This document shows, piece after piece, positions 16,949 through 27,487 of a DNA stretch of 64,000 bases (its first letter is position 1; every line of letters begins with the position of its first letter). Location: positions 1,472,001 to 1,536,000 of the forward strand of contig OY760142.1 of the NCBI GenBank assembly GCA_963663225.1, in the 5' to 3' direction. The translations under genes and the position numbers were made by a program. Below the pieces are notes generated by a model. It did no database searches. It was not told the DNA's origin and saw nothing but the letters and a program-made list of their open reading frames with translations. The DNA comes from Nitrospirota bacterium. Lineage in GTDB: Bacteria > Nitrospirota > UBA9217.

Positions 16949-18202
16949 ATGAATAAAAAACAGATCCTCAGCTGGTGCCTTTTTGACTTTGCGAACTCAA
17001 GCTATTCCGCGGTCATTGCTGCGGTCGTCTTTCAGGTCTATTACATCAACGTCATAGCGGGGAATTCAAACGGCAACGGTGATCTCTGGTGGGGGCGGGC
17101 CATTTCGCTGAGCATGCTGGTCGTGTCGTTCTCATCTCCGTTTCTCGGCGGGATTGCCGATTATGCAGGCCGCCGGAAAAGCCTGCTGGCCGCTTACACG
17201 TTTGCCTGTGTTGCCGCGGTCGCCGGGTTCTGCCTTCTTTCGCCCGGCGATGTCTTCATCGGCTGCGCGCTGATCGCACTTGCGAACATCGGCATGGAAG
17301 GGGGGCTTGTTTTTTACAATTCGTTTCTGCCGCAGATTGCGCGAAAGGACTGCCAGGGCCGGGTCTCCGGCTGGGGGTTCGGCGTGGGCTACGCAGGCTC
17401 GATTATTTCATTGCTGATCGCGCTCCCGCTTGCGCAGTCAGGACGCTTCGATCAAATCTGGCTCATGGTCGCCTTGTTTTTTGCGCTGTTTTCGCTTCCC
17501 GCTTTTCTGTTCCTGCCTCATGACCGACCTACAGGCATCACAGCACTGCAGGCCGGAGTCAGCGGCAGCAGAAACGCGCTGAAAACGTTGCGTGAAATCT
17601 GGGGTCGTATAGAGCAGCGGAAGTTTCTCATCGCCTACCTTATTTACGAGGACGGGGTAAACACGGTGATCGTGTTTTCGAGCAGTCTTGCCGCCACGAC
17701 GTTCGGTTTCCTGCAAAGCGAACTTATCATGCTGTATCTTGTGGTGCAGGTGACGGCACTTGCCGGCGCGTTTCTTCTTTCCAAACCGACGGATGTCTGG
17801 GGGCCGAAAAAAGTGGTGATCGTCTCTCTTCTTCTTTGGGCGGCCGTATCCGTGTCGGCATATTTTGTTCAGACCAAGGCCGGGTTCTGGCTGATAGCCT
17901 GCACTGCCGGACTGGGGCTCGGATCAGTACAGGCCGGGACCCGTGCATTTTATGCCCAGTTTGTTCCGGAAGGGAAGGAAGCCGAGTACTTCGGCGTCTA
18001 CTCCCTGGTCGGAAAGTCCTCCGCTGTCATTGGTCCGCTTTTGTTCGGTCAGGTTTCAGTCGCATTCGGCAGCCAGCGTCCGGCGATTCTTTCCATCGGC
18101 GCATTTTTTGTTTTCGGCCTGATTCTGCTCAGCAGGGTAAAAGGCGGCGGGCCGAATGTGGAAGCATTGCATGAGAGCCGAACCGGGAATTCCGTTGTCT
18201 GA
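16949..18202 (+). CDS. MFS transporter (UMF1/Atg22-like)
   Basis: SWCLFDFANS, FYNSFLP, YEDGVNT, EAEYFG; about 12 TM helices. Confidence 0.88.
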   Translation: MNKKQILSWCLFDFANSSYSAVIAAVVFQVYYINVIAGNSNGNGDLWWGRAISLSMLVVSFSSPFLGGIADYAGRRKSLLAAYTFACVAAVAGFCLLSPGDVFIGCALIALANIGMEGGLVFYNSFLPQIARKDCQGRVSGWGFGVGYAGSIISLLIALPLAQSGRFDQIWLMVALFFALFSLPAFLFLPHDRPTGITALQAGVSGSRNALKTLREIWGRIEQRKFLIAYLIYEDGVNTVIVFSSSLAATTFGFLQSELIMLYLVVQVTALAGAFLLSKPTDVWGPKKVVIVSLLLWAAVSVSAYFVQTKAGFWLIACTAGLGLGSVQAGTRAFYAQFVPEGKEAEYFGVYSLVGKSSAVIGPLLFGQVSVAFGSQRPAILSIGAFFVFGLILLSRVKGGGPNVEALHESRTGNSVV

Positions 18203-18369
18203 AAGCGGCTGTCATAAAAAATCCGGCAGGTGATATAAATCATACGTGCTGACAAAGAGGGTATGCTACTCTTTTCCCAGAGTATGCTATAATCATTTCA
18301 TGCTCAGCGTGACAGTCTGACAAACTTCCGTTTTTCTCGTTCTCGTTTCCATAATGGTGATCCACGCTT

Positions 18370-20397
18370 ATGGCTCATAAACTTACTACCTGCACGTTCT
18401 GCGGCGTCGGCTGCGGGCTTTATCTGGAAACCTCCGGCAACCACGTTGTGGGCGTCTCTCCGAGTATTTCTCATCCTGCAAACGAGGGAAGAATATGCAT
18501 CCGCGGCTGGAACGTGCACGAAGTCATCAGTTCTCCGGATCGTCTGAGAAGGCCGCTGCTCAGAAAGAGAGGCGCCCTTCGGGAGGTGGAGTGGGACGAG
18601 GCAATTTCATTTATCGCCTCCCGTCTGGAAAAAATCAGGGACAAATACGGCCCTGATTCAATAGCGCTGCTGAATTCCCCCCGGTGCTCTAACGAGGAAG
18701 CCTACCTGCTTCAGAAGCTGGCGCGAACGGTCATCCAGACCAATAATGTGGACCACGGTGCGGGAGTTTACAGCAATTATTCAATTGATGTCCTGCTTGA
18801 GATGCTTGGGGTGTCGGCCAGCACCAGCTCTTTTGAAGACTTGTCCCACAGCGACGTTATCATTTCGGCCGGCGTTGACCTGGCCCAAAAAATGCCCACG
18901 CTCGGAGGGACGGTCATCCGGGCAAAGCTGAAAGGCGCGAAGCTTATCATTGTTGATGAACGCCGCCATCGGGTGGCGGAAAGCGCCGATTTGTTTCTTC
19001 AGATCAAACCCGGCACGGATGTCCAGCTTTTCGGCGCCATGGCGAAAGTGGTCGTTGACCACGGCCTGATGAACCTGCCGTTTATCAAGATGTCTTGCCG
19101 AAATTATCAGGAGCTCCTTGCAGCCGTGGCGAGCTATGATCTGCTTGAGGCCGCCGATGCCTGCGGTGTTCCGGCAGAGCTCATCGAGGCCGCCGCACTG
19201 GCGTATGCCCGCGCAAAATCCGCAACGCTGCTGTACTCCACCGGAATCCGGGCGCGTGATGTGGAATCGATTATGGCCAAGGTGAATCTTGCCCTTCTGT
19301 GCGGCCAGGTCGGCAGGAAAGGGGCCGGCATCTTCGCCCTGACGGAGCATAATAATCTGCAGGGGGTCTGCGACATGGGAGTGCTGCCGGACCGCTTGCC
19401 GGGCTACCGTCCGGTCGCGAGCGAAACGGCACGGGCAGAATTCGAAAAAATCTGGAAAACAAAAATTCCCGCACACCCCGGAGTGTCCGCACAGCCGGTG
19501 CTGAAGGACCGCGCCAACGGTACGATCCGGGCCGTATGGCTCTGCCGCTACGATCCTGTCAGCTCCGCTTTCTTCGGTGACGTTGAAAATTCACTGCAGC
19601 AGTGCGATCTTGTGGTCCTGCAGCATGTATACCGGAATAAAACAGCCGATTATGCCCATGTGGTTTTGCCGACAGCCGTGTTCGGAGAGGAGCAGATTAC
19701 CTTTACCAATGCGGAAAGGCGTATCCAGCTTGCGACACAGGTCATTGATCCTCCGGACGGAATCACCTCTGCATGGCAGCAGATTGTACAGGTGGCAAAG
19801 GCGATGGGCGTGGATTGGAAATACCGGTCCTCGGCCGATGTAATGAACGAGATCGGACGGGTGGTGCCGTTCTACAGTGGTGCAAGCTACGACAACCTGG
19901 CCCGCGAGTACGGCCGCCAGTGGCCTTGTACCACGGACCGGCCGCTCGGCACGCCCCGCCTTTTTACGGAGGATAGCAACGATCAACCATTCAAATTTCT
20001 ACCTGTCGAGAAAAAGCTTCAGCCAATCCTTACGGATAAAGAATATCCGTTCATGCTGATTTTCGGGCATACCCTTTACTACTGGCACCAGAACGTATTT
20101 ATTCTCCGCAGCGAGACGCTCAAACGTGAATATATCGTTCTCCTGAATGATTATCCCGGCGGTTTCGCGGAAATCAATGAGAAGGACGCGAAACAGCTCG
20201 GTGTCCGGAACGGCGATACGATACGGCTGCGCTCCCCCAACGGTTCCGCGGTCACCCTGGCGAGGGTCACCCCTGAAGTGCGCAGCGGCAGCGTGTTCGT
20301 GCCCTACTTTGTCAGGCAGGTTCGGAACCAGATGTGCGGCAGCACGGAGTTCGATTGCCGGCTGGTGCCTGTCCGCGTGGAAAAGGAGGCGGAATGA
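18370..20397 (+). CDS. FdhF-like molybdopterin-oxidoreductase-fold subunit, catalytically degenerate
   Basis: N-terminal 4Fe-4S motif CTFCGVGC...C; SNEE.Y..QKLAR, HNNLQGVCDMG and TNAERRIQ; NNVDHGAGVYS where FdhF has NNVD.CARx(C/U)H. Confidence 0.88.
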   Translation: MAHKLTTCTFCGVGCGLYLETSGNHVVGVSPSISHPANEGRICIRGWNVHEVISSPDRLRRPLLRKRGALREVEWDEAISFIASRLEKIRDKYGPDSIALLNSPRCSNEEAYLLQKLARTVIQTNNVDHGAGVYSNYSIDVLLEMLGVSASTSSFEDLSHSDVIISAGVDLAQKMPTLGGTVIRAKLKGAKLIIVDERRHRVAESADLFLQIKPGTDVQLFGAMAKVVVDHGLMNLPFIKMSCRNYQELLAAVASYDLLEAADACGVPAELIEAAALAYARAKSATLLYSTGIRARDVESIMAKVNLALLCGQVGRKGAGIFALTEHNNLQGVCDMGVLPDRLPGYRPVASETARAEFEKIWKTKIPAHPGVSAQPVLKDRANGTIRAVWLCRYDPVSSAFFGDVENSLQQCDLVVLQHVYRNKTADYAHVVLPTAVFGEEQITFTNAERRIQLATQVIDPPDGITSAWQQIVQVAKAMGVDWKYRSSADVMNEIGRVVPFYSGASYDNLAREYGRQWPCTTDRPLGTPRLFTEDSNDQPFKFLPVEKKLQPILTDKEYPFMLIFGHTLYYWHQNVFILRSETLKREYIVLLNDYPGGFAEINEKDAKQLGVRNGDTIRLRSPNGSAVTLARVTPEVRSGSVFVPYFVRQVRNQMCGSTEFDCRLVPVRVEKEAE

Positions 20398-21479
20398 AGG
20401 CCCGCATTCTTGACCGCGCCGATGTGCTTAAGATTGTTGACCTGCTCCGGAAGGACGGATACGAAGTCATTGCTCCGTTTCTCGGCCGCGGCCGCGATAC
20501 CTATTTCGATACGGTCACCAACGAGAACCGTGATCGGATTCAGATTCATGTGCCGAATCCGTATTACCCTCCGAAGCGTTTTGTGCTGCCGCATATGGAA
20601 CGCCTGATGAAGATCAAGAAGGGCAACGGTAAGCTGATCATCGAACCTTCCTATGAACAGCCAAAGCGCGCCATATTCGGGATGCGCTCCTGTGATGTTG
20701 CCGGTCTTTACCACCAGGACCTTTTTTACCGCGGGCGGACATTCCGGGACGTGTACTACGAAAACCACCGCAAGAACTTGCTTGTGATAAATGTTGTCTG
20801 CACCATCCGGGGGCAGGACATCAATCCCGAATGTTTTTGCATGTGCGCCGACACCGGTCCCGCCGCACGCGATCACTTTGATTTGCAGTTGATGGACCTG
20901 GGCGATGAGTTTATGGCAGTGGCGGGGTCCCCGGCCGGCGAGACGATGTTTGCCGATGCCATATTCAAAAAAGGCGCGGAATCGCACAAGGAAAAACGCC
21001 GCAGCATTCTGAACGGGGTGAGACGACATTTTAAAAATACCAACAGCTGGTTCTCCGCCACGGTCCGATACATTACGCAGAGCAAGGTGCTGGAAAAGAC
21101 CTGGGAGGAGGTCGGCAACCGCTGTCTTGAATGCGGAGGCTGCACGTATGTCTGCCCGGCCTGCACTTGCTTTACGGTCACGGACCGTCATGTGGATCAC
21201 GCGGAGATTGAGCGCGTGCGGACATGGGACGCCTGCGCGCTCGCCGGCTTCACCCGCATGGCGGGAGGCCACAACCCCCGGCGGGCCGTGCATGACCGGA
21301 GGAACCGGCGATTTTTCCGTAAACTCGCGCATTATTTCATTCAGCGCGAACTCTCAATGGCCTGCGTCGGTTGCGGACGGTGCGCCACGGTCTGCCACGG
21401 CGACGTAGGAATGCCGAACGTGGTCGAAATGATACGCCGGGCGACAGCGGAGATTGACACCAATGAACCAGTCAAGTGA
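20394..21479 (+). CDS. AsrA / sulfhydrogenase-beta-like 4Fe-4S protein
   Basis: GMRSCD, CFC, CLECGGCTYVCPACTCF and CVGCGRCATVC motifs; ATGA overlap with the upstream gene and an AGGAGG RBS. Confidence 0.88.
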   Translation: MKARILDRADVLKIVDLLRKDGYEVIAPFLGRGRDTYFDTVTNENRDRIQIHVPNPYYPPKRFVLPHMERLMKIKKGNGKLIIEPSYEQPKRAIFGMRSCDVAGLYHQDLFYRGRTFRDVYYENHRKNLLVINVVCTIRGQDINPECFCMCADTGPAARDHFDLQLMDLGDEFMAVAGSPAGETMFADAIFKKGAESHKEKRRSILNGVRRHFKNTNSWFSATVRYITQSKVLEKTWEEVGNRCLECGGCTYVCPACTCFTVTDRHVDHAEIERVRTWDACALAGFTRMAGGHNPRRAVHDRRNRRFFRKLAHYFIQRELSMACVGCGRCATVCHGDVGMPNVVEMIRRATAEIDTNEPVK

Positions 21480-22314
21480 AAACATCTATCTGCCGAAGGT
21501 CGCGATCCTGGACCGCGTGACAGACGAGATTGAAGAGGTCAAGACGTTTTACTGGCACTTTGAGGATGAGGCGGAGCAGAAGGCCTTCAAGCGGTTCCGG
21601 CCCGGCCAGTTTGCGGAAGTATCGCTCTTCGGCATCGGCGAGTTCCCGACCTCGCTGCCTCCCAGCCCGACCGAGGATGAAACATTTTTCACCGTCCGTT
21701 CGGTCGGCAGCTGCACGGCGGCGCTGCATCAACTGAAGCCGGGAGACCGCTTCGGCGTCCGGGGCCCCTACGGAAACGGTTTCCCGATGGAGGCGTATTA
21801 CGGAAAGAACCTTGTTTTTGTCGCCGGCGGCATCGGACTGATACCGCTGCGCTCCTGCATTGTGTATGCGCTGAAACATCGGGAAAAATATGATCGCATC
21901 CAGATTTTTTACGGGTCGAAGACGCCGAAGGAACTGATGTATCTGTCCGATCTGCGTGAATGGGAAAAATCAGCCGGAATCGAGTGCAAGCTCACCGTTG
22001 ATAAAGAGTGTCCGACTGAGGTCTGGACCGGCAATATCGGCGTCGTGGGAAGCCTTCTCAAAAAAGCGGACACCCATGTTCCGGTGGACAATACCATCGC
22101 GTTTGTATGCGGCCCCCCGGTCATGTTCCGGTTTGTCATACAGGATCTCCTGGCGCTGGGATTTCAGGAAAAAAACATCGTTTCGACGCTGGAGCGCTAT
22201 ATGAAATGCGGAGTCGGCAAGTGCGGCCATTGCTGCATCGGCGTAGCGTATGTGTGCATGGACGGTCCCGTTTTCAGCTATGAACAGATCAAAAAGCTTG
22301 GAGAGGACATCTGA
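21463..22314 (+). CDS. AsrB / sulfhydrogenase-gamma-like FAD/NAD(P)-binding 2Fe-2S subunit
   Basis: PGQF, RGPYGNGFP, AGGIGLIPLRS, VCGPPVM, MKCGVGKCGHC...VCMDGPVF. Confidence 0.9.
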   Translation: MNQSSENIYLPKVAILDRVTDEIEEVKTFYWHFEDEAEQKAFKRFRPGQFAEVSLFGIGEFPTSLPPSPTEDETFFTVRSVGSCTAALHQLKPGDRFGVRGPYGNGFPMEAYYGKNLVFVAGGIGLIPLRSCIVYALKHREKYDRIQIFYGSKTPKELMYLSDLREWEKSAGIECKLTVDKECPTEVWTGNIGVVGSLLKKADTHVPVDNTIAFVCGPPVMFRFVIQDLLALGFQEKNIVSTLERYMKCGVGKCGHCCIGVAYVCMDGPVFSYEQIKKLGEDI

Positions 22315-22886
22315 TGCAGGACCTCCGCGAAGATATCCGACGGTGTTTTTCAGGCAGAGTTTGTCTGATGGGACTGGGCAACACCGACTACGGTGACGAC
22401 GGCCTCGGTGTCCTGCTGGCCGAGACGCTGGCAGAGCGGTTGAACAGGGGGCGGCATGCTTCCGGTTCTGCCGAGGTGATCACTGCGGGAACATCGCCTG
22501 AGCGATTCATCGGAACCTTTGCAGACGCGGGATTTGATCATCTGATTTTCCTGGACGCGGTCGAGTTTGGAGGAGAGCCCGGCTCGGTCTTTTTTTTAGA
22601 CGCCAGGGAAATAACCGCGCGATTTCCCCAGATCTCGACGCATAAAATTTCACTCGGTCTTCTGGCATCGTTAGTAGAAAACGAAACAATGAAGGTTTGG
22701 CTGCTCGGAGTACAGCCGGGATCGCTTAAAACCGCGCAAAGCCTCACTTCGGAGGTACAGACAACGCTTGAAATGCTCGAAGAACTGCTCTGGGACATGC
22801 TGGCACCAGAGCGGGAGGACGCATGCCGGTATCCGCACCCCGGTGAGCGTACCACGGAATTGGCAGAGGAAAAGGTGATCGCATAA
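22314..22886 (+). CDS. Hydrogenase maturation endopeptidase (HycI-like)
   Basis: GLGN...DDGLG, FLDAV, STH, GVQP motifs. Confidence 0.9.
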   Translation: MQDLREDIRRCFSGRVCLMGLGNTDYGDDGLGVLLAETLAERLNRGRHASGSAEVITAGTSPERFIGTFADAGFDHLIFLDAVEFGGEPGSVFFLDAREITARFPQISTHKISLGLLASLVENETMKVWLLGVQPGSLKTAQSLTSEVQTTLEMLEELLWDMLAPEREDACRYPHPGERTTELAEEKVIA

Positions 22887-24799
22887 TGAGTCCGGAACAG
22901 GCCATTATTATTTCCATATTCGCTTGCATCGCGGGAGCAGTGCTGACGCTTGCTGTTTCGCGCAGAAAAACCCTCGCAGGCTGGATCACCTTCTTTACAA
23001 CGTCGTTCACCGCGGTCCTGATATGTTCAGCGGCCTTGAGCGTGCTGACAACTGGGCCTTCGCATGAGCCGGCGGCGCTTTCCTTTGTCGGGATTTTTGG
23101 TTTCACTGTCCGCTTCTACGTCGACGGTCTGGCAGCTGCGTTTTTAATGCTGGCCTCCTTCATCGCCGTTATGGCATCCTTGTATTCCATCCGGTACATG
23201 CGCCATTACGAACAATACGGCGTCGCAAGATACTATCCGAACTTCCTGCTGTTCCTTGGCGGCATGTACGGCATTTTGAGCACCACGGACATGATGTGGT
23301 TTTTCTTTTTTTTCTGGCAGATGATGACGCTCTCCAGCTACATGCTGATCCGGTTCGAAAACAAAAATCCCGCAAATATCCGTGCGGCGAACAAGTATCT
23401 TGTCATGATGCAGATAGCCTGCGGGGCGGTGATGGCGGGCGCCGCGCTGCTTGTTCCGGCCAGCTCCTCTTCAGGCGGTTTGAAGTATGATTTCGATGTA
23501 GTAAGTTCCACGCTGCCTGCGGTTCTTTCCGCTGATCCCGGAACGGCGGTTTTTGCCTTTGCGCTGTTTCTCATCGGATTTGGCATCAAGATGGGAATGT
23601 GGCCTTTCGGCCAGATATGGCTGCCGGACGCTCATCCTGCTGCGCCGTCGCCGGTCAGCGCGATGCTTTCCGGTGTCATGATAAAAACCGGCGTGTACGG
23701 CCTGTTGCGGTATTTCTTCTGGCTTATACCTCCTGCTGCAGGAGACCGATTCCCGCTCGCTGGATGGGGAATGGTCGTAGCCGTTCTCGGCACGGTCACC
23801 TTGTTTACCGGCACGATGCAGGCGCTCAAGCAGGAACAGTCGAAACGCCTGCTCGCCTTCCACAGCATCGGCCAGATAGGCTATATTCTTCTGGGAGTCG
23901 GCGTCTGCATGGCCCTGGTCTCTTCCCGGGACAGCGGCTTTACGGCTTTTGCCGCCATTGGCTTTTTGGGAGCGTTGTACCACGTAATAAACCACGGCAT
24001 TTTCAAAAGCCTGCTGTTTCTGAATGCCGGTTCAATGCTGTACGCAACAGGAACTCAGGATCTGAACAAGCTTGGCGGCCTGATGAAATTCATGCCGTTA
24101 ACGGCCGTCACGGCAATGGTGGCCTCGTTCTCCATCTCCGGGGTTCCCTTGTTCAACGGATTTGTGAGCAAATGGGCCATTTACGTCGCCGCGGTGCAGG
24201 GAAGCGGGAATGCCCACTACCTTGCTGTCTGCGCGGTCATTGCCATCCTGACCAGCGCTATCACCCTGGCATCCTTTATTAAATTTTTCGGGGTGAGCTT
24301 TCTCTCCCGAACGAGCGCACTGGTTGAGGAGAAGGCCGCAACGCATGACAAACTTGAAGCAACCTGGATGATGCAGGCCCCGCAGCTTCTGCTGGCCGCG
24401 GCCTGTATTATGCTCGGTGTCGCGCCTGCAGTCATGTTTAATGGCATGCAGATGGTGCTGGAGGCAAGCCGTCAGGGGTACGGTGCCGTGCTGGCCGGTG
24501 CCGCGCCAATGGCGGGCGCTCCGCTGGCAGGGGTGCAGGAGTATCAGGGCATGGCGCTGTTCGCTCCCTGTGCGCTTGCTCTGCTGGTCGGTATCCTTTT
24601 TCTGCTTTCCTACGGCATTTCAAAACTCGGCGGGGCCAAGCGGCGCGCTGTTGCTCCCTGGCTCTGCGGCTACGTGCGTGAGGCGGATTGCCATCGCTAT
24701 ACCGCGCATAATTTTTACGGTGAAATTAAACGATATTTCCGCTGGCTGGGCGGTACGGCTTCCCATCCTGATAAACACAATGAGGTGAAGGGACACTAG
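22886..24799 (+). CDS. Antiporter-like membrane subunit of a group 4 hydrogenase (HycC/HyfB-like)
   Basis: WLPDAHPAAPSPVSAMLSGVMIKTGVYG, KRLLAFHSI, NHGIFKSLLFL, PLFNGFVSKW. Confidence 0.92.
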   Translation: MSPEQAIIISIFACIAGAVLTLAVSRRKTLAGWITFFTTSFTAVLICSAALSVLTTGPSHEPAALSFVGIFGFTVRFYVDGLAAAFLMLASFIAVMASLYSIRYMRHYEQYGVARYYPNFLLFLGGMYGILSTTDMMWFFFFFWQMMTLSSYMLIRFENKNPANIRAANKYLVMMQIACGAVMAGAALLVPASSSSGGLKYDFDVVSSTLPAVLSADPGTAVFAFALFLIGFGIKMGMWPFGQIWLPDAHPAAPSPVSAMLSGVMIKTGVYGLLRYFFWLIPPAAGDRFPLAGWGMVVAVLGTVTLFTGTMQALKQEQSKRLLAFHSIGQIGYILLGVGVCMALVSSRDSGFTAFAAIGFLGALYHVINHGIFKSLLFLNAGSMLYATGTQDLNKLGGLMKFMPLTAVTAMVASFSISGVPLFNGFVSKWAIYVAAVQGSGNAHYLAVCAVIAILTSAITLASFIKFFGVSFLSRTSALVEEKAATHDKLEATWMMQAPQLLLAAACIMLGVAPAVMFNGMQMVLEASRQGYGAVLAGAAPMAGAPLAGVQEYQGMALFAPCALALLVGILFLLSYGISKLGGAKRRAVAPWLCGYVREADCHRYTAHNFYGEIKRYFRWLGGTASHPDKHNEVKGH

Positions 24800-24800
24800 C

Positions 24801-26483
24801 ATGATTGCTCGTGAAAGATTGAATCAGTTAAAAGAGAAACTCGGGCAATCGCTCCTGCGGGCCGACCTTCCGAGCGACCGAAGTCTGTTCGTCTATATCG
24901 AACCGTCGGCGCTCAAGGAAGCCTGCCGATATGTTTTTTATAATCTTGACGCCCGATATATCATCAGCATCGGGCTTGATGACCGCCCGTATTCCGGCTC
25001 GTTCATGGTTGCGCATAATTTCGCCTTTGATAAAGACGGACTGTTGTGCAGCCTGCTCGTTCGTGTTTCTGCAGAGAACCCGAAACTGGACTCCATTACG
25101 GACGTAGTGGCCGGTGCGAACTGGGCGGAGCGTGAGATGCACGACCTGTTCGGCATCGAGCCGGTAGGACATCCCTATCTGAAACGGCTGGTATTGCCGG
25201 ACGGATGGCCGGACAACATCCATCCCCTCCGGAAGGACGTGCCGCACGATCATGTGCCCGAAGGCTTTGACGAAGAGCGGGAATTCAAGTTCAGTGAACC
25301 GCCTGCGGGCTGCACCGTGGTGCCGTTCGGGCCGTTTCACCCGACCCTGGATGAACCGGAGCATTTCCGGTTGTATGTGGAAGGCGAAATGGTGCGGGGC
25401 TGCGAGTATCGCGGGTTTATGGTCCACCGAGGAATTGAAAAACTGGCGGAATCGGTCCTCGGCTACAACGATATCCCGATGATGGCTGAGCGCATCTGCG
25501 GCATTTGCGGCTGCGTGCACAGCGTCGCGTATGCGCAGGCGGTCGAGGCCGCCGCTGCCATCAAGCCGCCGCCGCGCGCCGAGTACATGCGCACCATCAT
25601 GCTCGAAATTGAACGCCTGCACAGCCATTTGCTGTGGGTGGGGCTTGCCTGCCATATCGTAGGCTTCGATACCCTGTTCATGCAGAGTTTCCGCATCCGT
25701 GAGCCGATCATGTGGATCGCTGAAAAGATAACCGGCAACCGGAAAACCTATGGTCTTGTTCTGATCGGAGGGGTGCGTTGGGACATTACACCGGACCTGA
25801 AAGCGGAACTGCGCCAGGTGCTGGACACGCTCGAAACGGAATGGCGTCCCGTCACGGCGGCCGTCAGCAAGGACAGAAACATTCAGAAGCGTACGCGAGG
25901 CGTCGGCATGGCGGATCAGGCGCTTGCTAAAAACATGGGTCTTGCCGGGCCGGTTGCGCGCGCCGCAGACGTCGACATCGACTCCCGGCGGGACCACCCG
26001 TACGCCGCGTATGACCGCGTTGATTTCAACGTTATTACTGCAGACGGCTGTGATGTCTGGTCGCGCATTGTAGTGCGGATGCAGGAAGTGTTCGAATCGA
26101 TAAAGATTATCCGCCAGTGTCTTGAGAAAATGGAGGAAGGCCCCCTTCGTCTGGACATTGCGGATGAGCTGCCGATAGGACGTCTGGGAATGACCTCTGT
26201 TGAAGCTCCCCGCGGCGAAAGCCACCATTTCGTCGTGACCGGCGAGAACAACCGCCCGCGGCGGTGGCGGGTCAGGGCCCCGACGTATCAGAATCTTCAG
26301 GCGGTGCCTGCAATGATCCAGAACCAGCAGATTGCCGATATGACGATTTCTCTCGGCAGTATAGATCCCTGCTTCTCCTGCACGGACCGGCTTGAAACAA
26401 TTGATCTGAAGTCAGGCCAGAAGAAAGTGTGGTCGCAGACGGAGTTGTTCAATTTAACGCGGAAAAGAAAGCGGGAAAACTGA
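24801..26483 (+). CDS. Group 4 [NiFe]-hydrogenase large subunit (HycE/HyfG-like, fused NuoC+D architecture)
   Basis: L1 motif ERICGICGCVH, L2 motif DPCFSCTDR, then a 30-aa cleavable extension; N-terminal NuoC-like WAEREMHDLFGI. Confidence 0.95.
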   Translation: MIARERLNQLKEKLGQSLLRADLPSDRSLFVYIEPSALKEACRYVFYNLDARYIISIGLDDRPYSGSFMVAHNFAFDKDGLLCSLLVRVSAENPKLDSITDVVAGANWAEREMHDLFGIEPVGHPYLKRLVLPDGWPDNIHPLRKDVPHDHVPEGFDEEREFKFSEPPAGCTVVPFGPFHPTLDEPEHFRLYVEGEMVRGCEYRGFMVHRGIEKLAESVLGYNDIPMMAERICGICGCVHSVAYAQAVEAAAAIKPPPRAEYMRTIMLEIERLHSHLLWVGLACHIVGFDTLFMQSFRIREPIMWIAEKITGNRKTYGLVLIGGVRWDITPDLKAELRQVLDTLETEWRPVTAAVSKDRNIQKRTRGVGMADQALAKNMGLAGPVARAADVDIDSRRDHPYAAYDRVDFNVITADGCDVWSRIVVRMQEVFESIKIIRQCLEKMEEGPLRLDIADELPIGRLGMTSVEAPRGESHHFVVTGENNRPRRWRVRAPTYQNLQAVPAMIQNQQIADMTISLGSIDPCFSCTDRLETIDLKSGQKKVWSQTELFNLTRKRKREN

Positions 26484-26548
26484 TCCCTGCGGCAGGAATC
26501 CCTTGCCTTCTGCCGGAGGGGACTCCCCTTGCGAACTTGGTATCTCTT

Positions 26549-27475
26549 ATGGAAAACAATATAGGGGCAATGACCATAGGCGGACTCGTGAACGTGGCAT
26601 TGGTGCTGCTGCTGGCGCCCCTGTTTCACGGCGTTCAGCGCAGGATCACGGCGATTATTCAGTCCCGGAAGGGACCGCCACTGCTGCAATCCTACTTTGA
26701 TCTGCTGAAGCTGCTGGGCAAGGAAGACCTGGAATCGGGCCAGTCTCCGTTCATGCAGCGATTTGCCGCTTACCTGTCGCTTGCGACCATGCTGGCTGTG
26801 GCATGTTTCGTGCCGATGGGTTTCGCCGCTCCGATGAACGGGGGTGGAGATGCCATTCTCCTGATCTATCTGCTGACGTTCGCCGGCATCTGCATCATGC
26901 TTGCCGGGCTGGCGGCCGGTTCCACCTATGCGCTTGTGGGCATCAGCCGCCAGATGATGACCATGATAACGCTGGAGCCCTTGTTTGCCGTGGCCATTAT
27001 CATCGGCGCCGTCCATGTTCATTCATTCCGGCTCGATGACGTGCTCAGCGGATCAGTATATGCGGTCAATGGCTTCCCCTGGTCCGGCATTCTTATGATG
27101 GCCGTGATGCTCCTGTCGTTCCAGGCCTTTGTGGATCGCATGCCGTTTGATATCAGCGAGGCGGAAACAGAAATCATGGAAGGGCCGCTGATGGAGTATT
27201 CTGGCCCGAAACTGGCGGTGTTCAAATATGCATCCATGGTGAAACTGATTGTCTACAGTGCGCTTTTTGTGGCGCTGTTTGCACCGTGGGGAAGGGATCT
27301 TGCCGAACCGCTGGGGTGGCTGCTCTTCTGGATAAAAGTGTCTGCGCTGGTGCTGCTCGTGACGCTGGTGGCCGCGACGCATGCGCGGTACCGCATTGAT
27401 CAGGCCATCCGGTATTTCGCGGTTCTGCTGCTGTTTGCACTCGCCGCACTGCTTCTGGCGAGCTATGGATTCTGA
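26549..27475 (+). CDS. Hydrogenase membrane subunit (HycD/HyfC, NuoH-like)
   Basis: QSRKGPPLLQSYFDLLKLLGKE, RMPFDISEAETEIMEGPLMEYSG; the start could instead be 26570. Confidence 0.92.
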   Translation: MENNIGAMTIGGLVNVALVLLLAPLFHGVQRRITAIIQSRKGPPLLQSYFDLLKLLGKEDLESGQSPFMQRFAAYLSLATMLAVACFVPMGFAAPMNGGGDAILLIYLLTFAGICIMLAGLAAGSTYALVGISRQMMTMITLEPLFAVAIIIGAVHVHSFRLDDVLSGSVYAVNGFPWSGILMMAVMLLSFQAFVDRMPFDISEAETEIMEGPLMEYSGPKLAVFKYASMVKLIVYSALFVALFAPWGRDLAEPLGWLLFWIKVSALVLLVTLVAATHARYRIDQAIRYFAVLLLFALAALLLASYGF

Positions 27476-27487
27476 CCGAGGTGAGGC

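Noticed and set aside
18742-18780. Selenocysteine formate dehydrogenase
   Set aside because: The active-site codons are GGA GTT TAC AGC (G-V-Y-S), with no TGA or Cys, so it was not called a functional FDH.
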